64,000 bases of DNA from Candidatus Latescibacterota bacterium. Lineage in GTDB: Bacteria; Latescibacterota; UBA2968; GCA-2709665. Position 1 is the first letter of the stretch, and every line of letters starts with the position of its first letter. This document shows, piece after piece, positions 46,604 to 57,156 of the stretch. The notes under the pieces are model-generated. The model was not told where the DNA came from, ran no database searches, and worked only from the letters and a program-made list of their open reading frames with translations. The DNA is taken from contig OZ220733.1 of the NCBI GenBank assembly GCA_965116875.1, positions 1,248,001 to 1,312,000 of the forward strand, in the 5' to 3' direction. The position numbers and the translations under genes were made by a program.

Positions 46604-47806
46604 GTGACAGAACTTAACAGCCAGGATCATATGTCGACCTCGGGAGCAGAACGGCAGCCCTATTTGCTGATGTTGCTGGTCGTCGGGCTGGTGGGTTTCG
46701 GCCTGGTAATGGTTTATAGCGCCAGCACGGCGTTGGGTCAGGTGCGTTTCGAGAGCGACCACTTCTTCCTGAAGCGGTCAGCGTTGCGTACGGTGATCGG
46801 ACTCCTTGCGATGCTTTTGATTATGCGGGTTGACTACCGCTTCTGGGCACGCTTCGCGCGGGTCTTTCTGGCCATCGGTTTTCTGGGACTGGCGGTTGTC
46901 CTGGTTTTCAAAATCGCAGAATTCGGTAAAGTGCGCGGCGCATATCGATGGATTCCGTTGCCGGGTGGCGCTTTTCAACCTTCCGATCTGATGCGGCTCG
47001 CGCTCGTGGTCTATCTGGCGGAATCCCTGAGCAGACGCCAGGGACTGGTAAAGGACCTGGTTCAGGGTTACCTCCCGCATATTGCCATAGTCGGCGTGGC
47101 GATGGGAATGGTCATGGTACAACCCGACCTCGGAACGGCGCTGGCGATCGGGTTGACCTGCACGCTGATGTTGTATCTGGCCGGTGTACGAGTCAAACAC
47201 CTGGCCGGCACGGGGCTGGTCCTTCTGCCCGTGTTATTTATCGTTGTATTCGTTCTTGGATACCGTAGAGAACGGATGATGACGTTCTTCAGTCCCACGG
47301 ACGACGTCCAGGGCGCGGGATATCATGTGATGCAGTCATTGCTGGCGCTGGGCAGCGGAGGATGGTCCGGGGTCGGCCTGGGTCAGAGCCTTCAGAAATA
47401 TTTCTTTCTGCCGGAACCGCATACGGACTTTGTGTTCAGCATCGTAGGCGAGGAGTTGGGATTGGTCGGCACGGCCGGCGTGGTACTCAGTTTCATTATC
47501 TTCGGGCGATGTGGTTTTCAGATCGCCCGTCGCGCGCCGGACCTGCACGGGTTCTTCCTGGCGTCCGGCATTACATTCATGATTCTGGTCTACGCGTTTG
47601 TGAACATGGGGGTCTGCACAGGATTGATACCGGCCACCGGTCTTCCCCTGCCGTTTATCAGTTATGGTGGAACTTCGCTGCTGTTTACACTGGTTGCCGT
47701 TGGCATTCTGATCAACATCGGGAGGTGCGGATCGGCCGACCCGGGAGCGCTTCCTCATCGGACCGGTGCGGTCAGAATGTACCGGACGGGAAATCGCAGG
47801 TCCTGA
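46604..47806 (+). CDS. ftsW: SEDS peptidoglycan polymerase FtsW
   Basis: GLVMVYSAS, FQPSD, QPDLGT, LPEPHTDFVFSIVGEELG, PFISYGG. Confidence 0.96.
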   Translation: MTELNSQDHMSTSGAERQPYLLMLLVVGLVGFGLVMVYSASTALGQVRFESDHFFLKRSALRTVIGLLAMLLIMRVDYRFWARFARVFLAIGFLGLAVVLVFKIAEFGKVRGAYRWIPLPGGAFQPSDLMRLALVVYLAESLSRRQGLVKDLVQGYLPHIAIVGVAMGMVMVQPDLGTALAIGLTCTLMLYLAGVRVKHLAGTGLVLLPVLFIVVFVLGYRRERMMTFFSPTDDVQGAGYHVMQSLLALGSGGWSGVGLGQSLQKYFFLPEPHTDFVFSIVGEELGLVGTAGVVLSFIIFGRCGFQIARRAPDLHGFFLASGITFMILVYAFVNMGVCTGLIPATGLPLPFISYGGTSLLFTLVAVGILINIGRCGSADPGALPHRTGAVRMYRTGNRRS

Positions 47807-48912
47807 TGCCATTACGCCTGTTGTTTGCCGTCACCCTGACCGGCGGCCACACGGTGCCCGCGCTGGGCGTCGCGGCCGCGATCCGCAAGAGTCACCCGGA
47901 TGCGATAATCAGGTTCGTCGGTGTTGCGCGCGGTGTTGAGGCCAGGCTGGTTCCGCATGCCGGATACGTCCTGGAGACAGTGCCGGTTATTGGCCTTAAA
48001 CGTCGCTTGCATCTGGATCTGTTGCAGTTTCCGTGGTCGCTTCTCAAGGGCATCTGTTCCGCGTTCCGTATTCTTGTTGCGTATGGCCCCCATGCGGTAA
48101 TCTGCACCGGCGGCCACGTCAGCGGCCCGGTGGGGGTTGCCGCCCGGGTGCTTGGTATTCCGCTGGTGCTGCACGAGCAGAACAACTACCCCGGGCTCAC
48201 CGTCCGCCTGTTGTCCCGCGCGGCCCGGCAGGTATACCTGGCATTTGATGGGGCGAGGCGCCGCGTGGGCGGGCGTGAGAAGCGTGTCGTAGGCAACCCG
48301 ATCCGGGATGGTTGGCGGCGTGTGGACAGGAAAGAGGCTCGCCGGCGTCTGGGTCTGGACGAGGATCGGGTCACCCTGTTTGTCACAGGAGCCAGCCAGG
48401 GTTCAATGGGAATCAACCGCGCCGTGGCGGAGGCGCTGACCCTGCTCACGGATCGCGGATATCAGATTCTGTGGCAGACCGGCAGGGTGGGATATCACGC
48501 TGCCGCTTCTGCCGCCCGCCCTTGCGGCAGCCGCGTGGTTGTCAGGGAATTCATCGACGATATGGCGTTGGCTTACAGCGCGGCAGACCTCGCGTTGACC
48601 CGGGCAGGCGCGATAACGATAACGGAGATGACGCACCTGGGTGTGCCCGCATTGATGGTGCCATTGCCGCTGGCGGCAGAGAACCATCAGGTACACAATG
48701 CAAAGGCGATGGTTCGAGCCGGAGCCGCGCGTATGGTGCATGAATCAGAACTCAGTGCGGAAAGACTCGTACAGGAAGTGTCCGGGATGATCGATACGAC
48801 CGGGTTTCTTTCGGATATGTCCCGCCGCAGCCGCGCACTGGCGGTTCCCGACGCGGCCGCACGGATGGTGGAGGGCATGGCGCATTGTGGACTGCTGCGC
48901 GGTGAGCGATAG
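47806..48912 (+). CDS. murG: Lipid II GlcNAc transferase
   Basis: TGGH, LHEQN, GNPIR, GASQG, FIDDM, RAGAIT, HQVHNA. Confidence 0.95.
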   Translation: MPLRLLFAVTLTGGHTVPALGVAAAIRKSHPDAIIRFVGVARGVEARLVPHAGYVLETVPVIGLKRRLHLDLLQFPWSLLKGICSAFRILVAYGPHAVICTGGHVSGPVGVAARVLGIPLVLHEQNNYPGLTVRLLSRAARQVYLAFDGARRRVGGREKRVVGNPIRDGWRRVDRKEARRRLGLDEDRVTLFVTGASQGSMGINRAVAEALTLLTDRGYQILWQTGRVGYHAAASAARPCGSRVVVREFIDDMALAYSAADLALTRAGAITITEMTHLGVPALMVPLPLAAENHQVHNAKAMVRAGAARMVHESELSAERLVQEVSGMIDTTGFLSDMSRRSRALAVPDAAARMVEGMAHCGLLRGER

Positions 48913-50290
48913 TGTTCTGTCCCGCATTCTGAAACGGAAACCGGGCTGCAGGGTTCATTTTGTGGGCATCGGGGGCGTGGGCATGAGCGCGGTCGCGGAA
49001 CTGCTGTTTCAGCAGGAATGCATTGTCACCGGATCCGATCGCGAGGCCTCCGCGCTGACGGACCGGTTGGGGATGTTGGGAATTCCCGTTCAGATAGGAC
49101 ATACGCCGGAGGCCGTCGAAAATGCGGACGTGGTCGTATACACGCCCGCCGCGGGTCCGGAAAACAGAGAGTTGCAAGAGGCCCGGTCGAAGGGGATTCC
49201 GACAGTCAAGAGGGCAACTCTCCTCGGGCAATTGACGGCAGGACGTCGGGTTGTGGGCGTGACCGGAACTCACGGAAAAACGACTGCAACGGCGATGACG
49301 GGCGCGGTTCTCGAGGCGGCTGGTCTGGACCCCACGGTGCTGGTGGGAGGGATCGTGCGCGGCCCTGAAAGAAACCTGCGTCCCGGCTCACCCGCGTTGT
49401 GGGCTGTCGAAGCCGATGAATTCGACCGTTCCTTTCTGACGTTGCGTCCGGAGGTAGCGGTCGTGACGTCGCTCGAGGAAGATCACCTCGATACGTACGG
49501 GAGCATGGACGGCCTGCTTCAAGCGTTTCAGCAATTCCTGGAACAGACTGGCCGAAGCGCGGTGATGGCCTGGGATGGTCCGCTCGTGCGGCGACTGAAC
49601 GCCGGGCACCTCGAGGTCTTCACGTATGGACTGGAGGACAAAACGGGGATTTCCGCGCAATCCGTGACTCGGGTCGGCCTGGAGAGCCGGTTTCGAGCCC
49701 TCCACCGTGGAAAACCACTCGGAGAACTTGTCCTCCGGGTTCCCGGCCGTCACAATGTGAGCAATGCGCTGGCCGCCATTGGCGTGGGCCTGGCCCTTCA
49801 ACTGCCCTGGAAGGCAATACGAACAGGGCTGGAGAACTTCCAGGGGGTGAGGCGGCGTCTGGAAGTGCTTGGCGCTCCGGGTGGCGTGTGTGTCGTCAAC
49901 GACTACGCCCACCATCCAACTGAAGTTCGCGCCGCTCTTGAGACGATCAGGCCGGCGTGCGCGGGCAGCCTGAAAGCTGTTTTCCAGCCGCACCTGTACT
50001 CACGAACCAGAGATTTCGCGGCTGAATTCGGACGGGCTCTGAGTAAAGCCGACGAGGTATGGGTAGCCGACGTCTATGCCGCACGCGAGGACCCGATTCC
50101 GGGCGTCTCCGGCGAGACGGTGGCGCGTCAGGTGCGGACTGCCGGCTGTTCCGAAGTAATCTATATTCCGGGCCTGCATGATCTCGAACATCGCCTGTCG
50201 AAATCGCTTGCGCCCGGCGACTTCGTATTGGTAATGGGCGCCGGTGACGTGGAGCAGGTTGCATACGGGCTCATGGACCGGTTGTCCTAA
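48902..50290 (+). CDS. murC: UDP-MurNAc L-alanine ligase
   Basis: HFVGIGGVGMS, GTHGKTT, EADEFD, DYAHHPTEV, FQPHLYSRT. Confidence 0.97.
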   Translation: MSDSVLSRILKRKPGCRVHFVGIGGVGMSAVAELLFQQECIVTGSDREASALTDRLGMLGIPVQIGHTPEAVENADVVVYTPAAGPENRELQEARSKGIPTVKRATLLGQLTAGRRVVGVTGTHGKTTATAMTGAVLEAAGLDPTVLVGGIVRGPERNLRPGSPALWAVEADEFDRSFLTLRPEVAVVTSLEEDHLDTYGSMDGLLQAFQQFLEQTGRSAVMAWDGPLVRRLNAGHLEVFTYGLEDKTGISAQSVTRVGLESRFRALHRGKPLGELVLRVPGRHNVSNALAAIGVGLALQLPWKAIRTGLENFQGVRRRLEVLGAPGGVCVVNDYAHHPTEVRAALETIRPACAGSLKAVFQPHLYSRTRDFAAEFGRALSKADEVWVADVYAAREDPIPGVSGETVARQVRTAGCSEVIYIPGLHDLEHRLSKSLAPGDFVLVMGAGDVEQVAYGLMDRLS

Positions 50291-50452
50291 GAAGCTGTCT
50301 TAAAATTCCCAGCGGTCTTCGCGCGGCTGCAAAAGCGCCGGTCGGCGTTGGTCAAATCCACCCGTATAGACAAATATGGGCGGATTTTCCCGCCTTGACC
50401 GCCACTTTTTCGCTCGCGCTCGGGAACTCACCGGTAATTTTAAAACAACTTC
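50291..50452 (-). mobile_element. 162-bp MITE, copy 2 (inverted)
   Basis: Reverse complement of 44962-45123 with about 5 substitutions; inserted immediately after the murC TAA. Confidence 0.88.
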
Positions 50453-50471
50453 CAAGGAGCGCCGCGGGACG

Positions 50472-51410
50472 ATGCATGATGCTTCAAAGCGGAATTCGCT
50501 CGCCCGTGAAATCCGGGCACGCTGCCGGGGCGAACTTCTGGTTGATGAACCCTTGAAGAAGTATACCCATTTTGGCATGGGTGGCGCCGCAGACCTGTTT
50601 TTCCGGCCCGTCGACGTGGATGATCTGATGACCGCGGTGCCACTCGTTCTGGACTCCGAACTGCAGGTATTGCCTCTGGGCGGCGGAACGAACATGCTGG
50701 TGAACGACGCCGGTTTCAGAGGGCTGGTCATCTGTCTGACCGGTGGACTTTCGGGAATGTCGGTTGAATCGGATCAGGGCATTGCGCAGGCGGGCGCGAG
50801 CCTTCAGGTATTTTCAAGACGCTGTCAGCGCTCCGGACGAACCGGAATGGAGTTCGGATGCGGAATTCCCGGTACCGTGGGGGGCGCGATATGGGGCAAC
50901 GCCGGGGCGTGGGGGGGGCAGACCCTGGAGCAGACGGCGTGGCTGAGAGGTCTGGACCTTCGCTCCGGAGATGCATTGGAACTGCAGGGAGAGTCTATAT
51001 CGTTCTCGTACCGTCGAACGGACCTCCCCCCCGGATTTCTGATCATGGAGGCGGGTTTTTTCCTGGAGGAGGACGATCCCACAGTGGTCCAGGCACGCAT
51101 GGACGAAATGCTGGCCCGGCGCAGAAGCTCGCAACCTCTTTGGGAGCGTAACGCCGGCTGCATATTCAAAAACCCTCCCGGCACTTCGGCGGGGCTGCTC
51201 ATTGACAGAGCCGGATGCAAGGGACTATCCGTGGGCGACGTCGAAGTATCGGATGTCCATGCGAATTTCATCGTAAATCGGGGTGGCGGCACCGCGGCGG
51301 ATGTGCTCTCGCTGGCGGAAATGGTCCGGGAGAGAGTGCACAAGGCTTTTGGAATTGAAATGAACATGGAAGTTCGCATTGTCGGCGAGGGGGGAATCGA
51401 GAACCCGTGA
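50472..51410 (+). CDS. murB: UDP-N-acetylenolpyruvoylglucosamine reductase
   Basis: GGAAD, LGGGTNML, GIPGTVGGA..NAGA, AGCIFKNP, HANFIVN. Confidence 0.96.
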   Translation: MHDASKRNSLAREIRARCRGELLVDEPLKKYTHFGMGGAADLFFRPVDVDDLMTAVPLVLDSELQVLPLGGGTNMLVNDAGFRGLVICLTGGLSGMSVESDQGIAQAGASLQVFSRRCQRSGRTGMEFGCGIPGTVGGAIWGNAGAWGGQTLEQTAWLRGLDLRSGDALELQGESISFSYRRTDLPPGFLIMEAGFFLEEDDPTVVQARMDEMLARRRSSQPLWERNAGCIFKNPPGTSAGLLIDRAGCKGLSVGDVEVSDVHANFIVNRGGGTAADVLSLAEMVRERVHKAFGIEMNMEVRIVGEGGIENP

Positions 51411-51506
51411 AACAGGGCGCCGCAACGGGTCGCTGCCGTGGACCCGAGTGTGTGTCATCGATTGCGGATACGGATTGCCCAGACCCACTGAAACGACGGA
51501 GGTCAC

Positions 51507-52301
51507 ATGTCAAGTCACAGACCGATCTATTCCCGGACGCAGGAACGTGAGCGGATTCCTCACGAGGCGCCGGAACCCGGATCGCCGGTCCGCATATTGC
51601 GTTGGATTGTCGTTCTGGCGCTTGTCGGGTTGCTGTTCTTCGGGATTCAGAACGCATACTCGGCGCTCACCGGGTCCGATCTGTTTCGTTTGGACCACAT
51701 TGCCGTGACGGGCAACACGCTTCTGAAGGAAAGCGACGTCGTGGTCCGTTCCGGACTGAAAATCGGCGTGAACCTGTTTGCGGCCGACCTGAATGCGGCA
51801 ACGCAACGGCTGGTGGCCGATCCTGCGATCAAGGATGCGCTGTTGTTGCGCCAGCCTCCGGGCGGACTGCTCATCGAACTGCGCGAAAGGCGTCCTCTTG
51901 CGCTGGCCGCAATGCCGGAAGGTTTGTACGGTCTGGATGGCGATGGAGTTCTCTTTCCGCTGCGCCAGGCGTCGTTTGATCTGCCGGTCGTGACCGGTAT
52001 TGATGCGGTTGCCGACAAACCGGGGGTTTACGGGTTTTCCAACCTTGTTGCATTCCTGGACCAGCTTCGATCAAACACACCGGCGTTTCTGGAAGAGGTC
52101 TCCGAGGTACACCTGGTTTCCGCTACTGAGGCTCGGGTCTTTCTGGTGGGCGACGGTCTGACGCTTCGGATGCGACTTGAGGATGCGGTTGATCAGGTCC
52201 GTCGTTTTCATGCGTTTGTGAAGGCGGGGGCGCACAGAAACCAAACGCCGGCCTACGTCGATCTCCGGTTTTCGAATCAGGTCATTGTGGGAACAGGGTA
52301 A
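51507..52301 (+). CDS. ftsQ: Cell division protein FtsQ
   Basis: TM + POTRA (VTGN), ERRP, LPVVTG, YVDLRF. Confidence 0.9.
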   Translation: MSSHRPIYSRTQERERIPHEAPEPGSPVRILRWIVVLALVGLLFFGIQNAYSALTGSDLFRLDHIAVTGNTLLKESDVVVRSGLKIGVNLFAADLNAATQRLVADPAIKDALLLRQPPGGLLIELRERRPLALAAMPEGLYGLDGDGVLFPLRQASFDLPVVTGIDAVADKPGVYGFSNLVAFLDQLRSNTPAFLEEVSEVHLVSATEARVFLVGDGLTLRMRLEDAVDQVRRFHAFVKAGAHRNQTPAYVDLRFSNQVIVGTG

Positions 52302-52356
52302 GCGGTAAGCAGCCGTATCGGGCGCCGGTCATGCAGTAGCGGGAAAGGAAGAGCGG

Positions 52357-53592
52357 ATGGCCAAAGGGGATCAGATCGTTGGAATGGATATTGGTACGAC
52401 CAAGATCTGTGTGGTCGTGGCCGAGATTGAAGACGACGATCAGCTCAGGATTACGGGCATTGGCACGAGCCCGTCCAACGGGCTGAAACGCGGTGTCGTG
52501 GTAAATGTCGCCCAGACGGTCCAATCCATCCAGCACGCTGTCGAAGAAGCGGAAGAAGCCTCGGATGTACGCATTGGCGCGGTCTACGCAGGCATCGCCG
52601 GCGATCACATTCGCAGCCTGAATTGCCGGGGCGTGATCGCCGTTTCCGGAAATGACAACGAGATTACCGCTCAGGATGAGGCGCGTGTCATTGAAACCGC
52701 CAAGGCGGTTTCGATCCCCATGGACCGTGAGATTATCCACGTTCTGCCCCAGTCTTTCGTGGTGGACGACCAGCCCGGCGTCAAGAATCCGATTGGAATG
52801 TCGGGCGTGCGCCTCGAGGCCGACGTGCATATGGTAACAGGCGCCGTGACGTCGGCGCAGAATATCTGCAAGAGCATCCGACGGGCGGGGGTCGAGGTCG
52901 TGGATCTCGTACTGGAGCCGTTGGCATCCAGTTACGCCGTATTGTCGCCCGAGGAAGAGGAAATGGGCGTTACGCTGGTCGACATCGGCGGCGGCACAAC
53001 CGATGTCGCCGTATTCTACGACGGGAGCATCAGGCATACGGCCGTCGTCGGGCTGGGCGGCGAGAATGTAACCAGCGACATTTCTATCGGATTGAGGACC
53101 CCGCTGGTGCAGGCGGAAAACATCAAGCGTTCCCGCGGCTGTTCGTCACGTTCGCTGGTCGAAAAGGACGAGACCATACATGTGCCGGGAATCGGCGGAC
53201 GGCCCTCTTTTGAAGTGCCGCGAGAGGAACTGACGGCGATCATCGAAGCGCGCATGGAGGAAATTTTCACCCTGGTCCATCGGGAAATCCGCAGGACCGA
53301 ATATGCCGATCTGCTGGCGGCGGGCGTCGTCATCACCGGCGGCGGATCGATGCTCGAGGGAACGTCTGAACTGGCCGAAACAGTATTTGGAATGCCGGTG
53401 AGCGTCGGCACGCCGAACGGCGTTACCGGCCTTTCCGAAGACGCCACAGAGCCGATTTACGCCACCGGTGTCGGCCTGGTGAAATTCGGGCTGCAGCATC
53501 AGGAGTTCGGCGGCGCGCTGAACGGCGGCGGCAACGGTTCTTTCGGATCGGTCATCGGCAGGATGAAGGCGTGGGTCAAGGACTTTTTCTAG
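52357..53592 (+). CDS. ftsA: Cell division protein FtsA
   Basis: GMDIGTTKI, PIGMSGVRL, VDIGGGTTD, TGGGS, C-terminal amphipathic helix. Confidence 0.98.
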   Translation: MAKGDQIVGMDIGTTKICVVVAEIEDDDQLRITGIGTSPSNGLKRGVVVNVAQTVQSIQHAVEEAEEASDVRIGAVYAGIAGDHIRSLNCRGVIAVSGNDNEITAQDEARVIETAKAVSIPMDREIIHVLPQSFVVDDQPGVKNPIGMSGVRLEADVHMVTGAVTSAQNICKSIRRAGVEVVDLVLEPLASSYAVLSPEEEEMGVTLVDIGGGTTDVAVFYDGSIRHTAVVGLGGENVTSDISIGLRTPLVQAENIKRSRGCSSRSLVEKDETIHVPGIGGRPSFEVPREELTAIIEARMEEIFTLVHREIRRTEYADLLAAGVVITGGGSMLEGTSELAETVFGMPVSVGTPNGVTGLSEDATEPIYATGVGLVKFGLQHQEFGGALNGGGNGSFGSVIGRMKAWVKDFF

Positions 53593-53691
53593 GCCGCGAC
53601 CTGTTGGCCGGGCAGCATTCATGAATGACAACGGATGGGTCGGACCAACGGGGTTCGCCCACGTTATAACGGCAACGATAGGAGAAGCCAA

Positions 53692-54855
53692 ATGGTCACG
53701 TTTTCAATCGTTGACAATGACAACCAGGCAAAGATGCGGGTTGTGGGCGTCGGCGGCGCGGGGGGCAACGCGGTAAACCGGATGATTGCCGCAGACCTCA
53801 AGGGTGTGGAATTCATCGCTGCAAATTCCGACCTGCAGGATCTTGACAAATCCGAAGCGTCAAAACGGGTGCAAATCGGCGAAACGATAACCAAAGGGCT
53901 TGGCGCGGGCGCCAATCCGGATATCGGACGGCAGGCCATGGAGGAAAATCGGGGCCACGTCACGGAGCTTCTTACCGGTTCGGACATGGTATTCGTGACC
54001 GCCGGCATGGGTGGCGGTACCGGCACCGGCGCCGCGCCGGTGGTGGCAGAGATCGCCAAGGAAGCCGGCGCATTGACGGTGGGCATCGTGACCAAGCCGT
54101 TCAAGATGGAGGGCGTGCCCCGGATGCGAAACGCGGAGACGGGAATCGCTCAGCTGAAGGACTCCGTGGACACGCTGATTGTCATTCCAAACCAGCGTCT
54201 CCTGGATGTCTGCTCCGAAGACACCACGCTGCGCGAGGCCTTCAGATTGGCGGACGACGTTCTTCTTCAGGCCACACGCGGGATCTCGGACCTGATCGCC
54301 ATACCCGGCGAAGTCAATCTGGATTTCAACGATGTGCGCACGGTAATGCAGCAGGGAGGCGACGCGTTGATGGGAACCGGCACGGCCGAGGGTGAAGGCC
54401 GGGCAATCCATGCGGCGGAGGCAGCCATCAGCAGTCCATTGCTGGAAGACCTCTCCATCGACGGCGCAAGGTACGTCCTGGTGAATATCGCGGCGGGCAG
54501 CGACCTGAAGCTGTTTGAAGTGGACGATTCGGTATCTACCGTAACCAAGGCGGTCGGCTCCGAGGCGAACATTATCTGGGGCACGGTGCTGGACGATGCG
54601 CTCAGCGATGAGCTGCGGGTAACGGTAATTGCTACCGGTTTCGCCGAAAGAGAGAATGATGCCGGGACGAAAGCGACGCGAGTCCCGATGGACAACCCGC
54701 TCGGTCTGGATGTTCCTGCGTACCTGCGCAAGGCCGACGCCGCCGAGGTTACGGAACCACAGGCTGCGCCGGGGGAAAACGCCGAAGGAGACATCTCACT
54801 CGACGACCTGGAAATTCCGTCGTTTCTGAGGCGGCGCCTGAAGGATACCGCCTGA
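53692..54855 (+). CDS. ftsZ: Cell division protein FtsZ
   Basis: [36 protein letters not shown]. Confidence 0.98.
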   Translation: MVTFSIVDNDNQAKMRVVGVGGAGGNAVNRMIAADLKGVEFIAANSDLQDLDKSEASKRVQIGETITKGLGAGANPDIGRQAMEENRGHVTELLTGSDMVFVTAGMGGGTGTGAAPVVAEIAKEAGALTVGIVTKPFKMEGVPRMRNAETGIAQLKDSVDTLIVIPNQRLLDVCSEDTTLREAFRLADDVLLQATRGISDLIAIPGEVNLDFNDVRTVMQQGGDALMGTGTAEGEGRAIHAAEAAISSPLLEDLSIDGARYVLVNIAAGSDLKLFEVDDSVSTVTKAVGSEANIIWGTVLDDALSDELRVTVIATGFAERENDAGTKATRVPMDNPLGLDVPAYLRKADAAEVTEPQAAPGENAEGDISLDDLEIPSFLRRRLKDTA

Positions 54856-55016
54856 CACGCTGCTTTGCTTCGCCCCGACGATCGACGAAAGCAGCCCGCT
54901 GAGAAAGCCAATCCATACTGCGGCCCGCCCTTGCGGTCGAAAGCCTGCGTTTCGCGGTCTCGCGGGCAGGGTGACTTTATCAACGGACGACCGGGGGACG
55001 ATCGAGGAAAAAGAAC

Positions 55017-56006
55017 ATGGAGTGCGTGCGATGGGGTATCCTCGGATGCGGTGACGTCACGGAGGTGAAGAGCGGACCCGGATTTCAGAATGCGGACGCG
55101 TCGAAGTTGGTCGCGGTGATGCGGCGGGACGTGCAAAAGGCGGCCGACTACGCGAACCGGCACGGCGTGCCGCGATACTACGGGCATGCGGAGGCATTGA
55201 TTGAAGATGACGGTGTCGATGCCGTGTACGTGGCGACCCCGCCGTCTTCGCATCTCGAGCTGGCATTGAAGGTGGCGCAGGCCGGAAAACCGTGCCTCGT
55301 TGAAAAGCCTATGGCGATGGATCACAGCGAGTGCCGGCAGATGGTGGCGGCCTTCCGGAACACAGGACGGCCGCTTTTCGTGGCATACTACAGGCGCGCC
55401 CTGCCTCGATTCCTTCGCGTCCGGAGGTTGCTCCACGAAGGCGCGGTCGGGCAGTTGAGTTCGGTACACATTACGCATTACGAGCGCCTGGCCCGAGGCG
55501 AGGCCGCGAATGCCTGGCGATTCAGGCCGGAGGTGTCGGGAGGGGGGCTGTTTATGGACCTGGGCTCCCACGGACTGGATTTGCTGGATTTCCTCGTGAG
55601 TCCGATCAAACGGGTTTGGGGATGCGCGGCGAACACGGGCGGTACCTACGAGGCGGAGGACGCGGTCGCGGCCGGCTTTGAGTTTGAATCCGGGATCGTG
55701 GGAACAGGCATATGGAATTTCAACGCGGATTATTCCGACGATCGAATGACGTTTACCGGCTCCGACGGCGAGTTGCAATGCCCTGTTTTTTCGGATACCG
55801 GCATTCTGGTCAGGAAGGGCGGGGCATCAACCACGGTGGAATTCAGGAACCCGACCCACGTTCATCAACCGCTGATCCAGACGGTCGTGGATGAACTCCT
55901 GGACAGGGGAACGTGCGAGTCGACCGGCGAGAGCGCGGCGCGGACGGGATGGGTAATGGATCGATGTCTGCAATCGTACTACGAAGAACGCATCCGGGCG
56001 TCTTAG
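55017..56006 (+). CDS. Gfo/Idh/MocA-family oxidoreductase
   Basis: WGILGCGDV, VYVATPP, EKPMA, AYYRR, GGGLFMDLGSH. Confidence 0.9.
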   Translation: MECVRWGILGCGDVTEVKSGPGFQNADASKLVAVMRRDVQKAADYANRHGVPRYYGHAEALIEDDGVDAVYVATPPSSHLELALKVAQAGKPCLVEKPMAMDHSECRQMVAAFRNTGRPLFVAYYRRALPRFLRVRRLLHEGAVGQLSSVHITHYERLARGEAANAWRFRPEVSGGGLFMDLGSHGLDLLDFLVSPIKRVWGCAANTGGTYEAEDAVAAGFEFESGIVGTGIWNFNADYSDDRMTFTGSDGELQCPVFSDTGILVRKGGASTTVEFRNPTHVHQPLIQTVVDELLDRGTCESTGESAARTGWVMDRCLQSYYEERIRAS

Positions 56007-56058
56007 CAGCCCGGGGAGAGGTACGGATTCGACAACGCACCGGTCACCCGCGGCGAGG

Positions 56059-57156
56059 TCAGGAGGTTTTGCCCGTCTGAAGATACGCCTTCAGCGTTCG
56101 CGGGTCCATCCCTGCGATACCCAGATCACAGACGTCTCTGCCTGAACCCCACCCGTCCTCTCCGATAACGATCGATCCGACGTCGACCAGCGCGCGTATG
56201 GTGGGAGCGGGTACATTGTACTGCGCACCGACCGAGTGCCATGCCGCAAGTCCGTAGGGAATGTCTTCCGTGAGCCAACGGCTGTCCATGGATCCGGGCG
56301 CCTTGAGACGGGTGAGCATGTAGCTGCCGTTAATGGTCGCCCAGAGATCTCCTTCCGGTCCGAAGCCGGCGCGGTGAAAGGCGACGTTCGCCGGGCACAG
56401 TTTGTAACCGAGCCGGCTCGCTATCGAGCGGCGTTCGGAGTCAACCTGCATGATCACTCTGGCCACGGATGGTGTGACGCCCTCTTCGTAAAAGTAGAAC
56501 TCGCCGTGTGAATACTCCACACGGCCGGCGTTGAGAAGGACACCCGCGGGATGGACCACCGGGTTCATTGCGGCCAGGCCGCAGGCCAACACGTCGGGAT
56601 AGCCCGTTATGCCCGGGAAAAGGGCATCCAACCGTCCGCGTACGTGATCGAATTCGCCGGCCGGAAAGACGCCGAGTCCCAGGCCGGTGACGGTTCCCCA
56701 GATGGTTGCGGTATCCGGCGCCGTCTTCCGGCAGACGAACGGCGCGGTGTCCACTTCGCCCAGGACGACGCCTTCGGCGCCGGCTTCCCGGAGGAGACGC
56801 GCCCACTCGAGAGCGCCGAGGGTACCGGGCATGATGACGACGGTCTGACCCGGGCGCAGGTGCGGCGCACAGACTTCCGCAAAGGGCTTGTGCGCGTACG
56901 CCGGCACGATGAGCAGGATGAGTTCCGGCGACTCCAGGGCCTCCTCGATATCGGCGGTGATACAGTGGATCCTGGCTGCGCCCTGTCCTGCCGCCCCGAG
57001 CAGATGGATGATGCCGTCGTCGATAACAGGATCCAGGGATTCCCTGAAACCGGGAATCTCATAGAGCGTGATCTCAAAACCCTTCAGGCTGAGGTTGGCA
57101 GCCACGGCAAACGCCGTGTTTCCGCCGCCGAGAATGGTCACGGTCTTCAGGGACAT
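56059..57156 (-). CDS. NAD/NADP octopine/nopaline (opine) dehydrogenase family protein
   Basis: ILGGGNTAFA, VPAYAH, NPVVHP, FYFYEEGVTP, RWLTEDIPYGL. Confidence 0.88.
   Translation of the reverse strand: MSLKTVTILGGGNTAFAVAANLSLKGFEITLYEIPGFRESLDPVIDDGIIHLLGAAGQGAARIHCITADIEEALESPELILLIVPAYAHKPFAEVCAPHLRPGQTVVIMPGTLGALEWARLLREAGAEGVVLGEVDTAPFVCRKTAPDTATIWGTVTGLGLGVFPAGEFDHVRGRLDALFPGITGYPDVLACGLAAMNPVVHPAGVLLNAGRVEYSHGEFYFYEEGVTPSVARVIMQVDSERRSIASRLGYKLCPANVAFHRAGFGPEGDLWATINGSYMLTRLKAPGSMDSRWLTEDIPYGLAAWHSVGAQYNVPAPTIRALVDVGSIVIGEDGWGSGRDVCDLGIAGMDPRTLKAYLQTGKTS

Noticed and set aside
50376-50471. N-terminal extension of murB in the ORF track
   Set aside because: Starts inside MITE copy 2; the more likely start is ATG 50472
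51410-51507. No ddl between murB and ftsQ; also no KH-domain gene after rpsP and no pyrH-frr before uppS
   Set aside because: These gene-order differences are common across phyla
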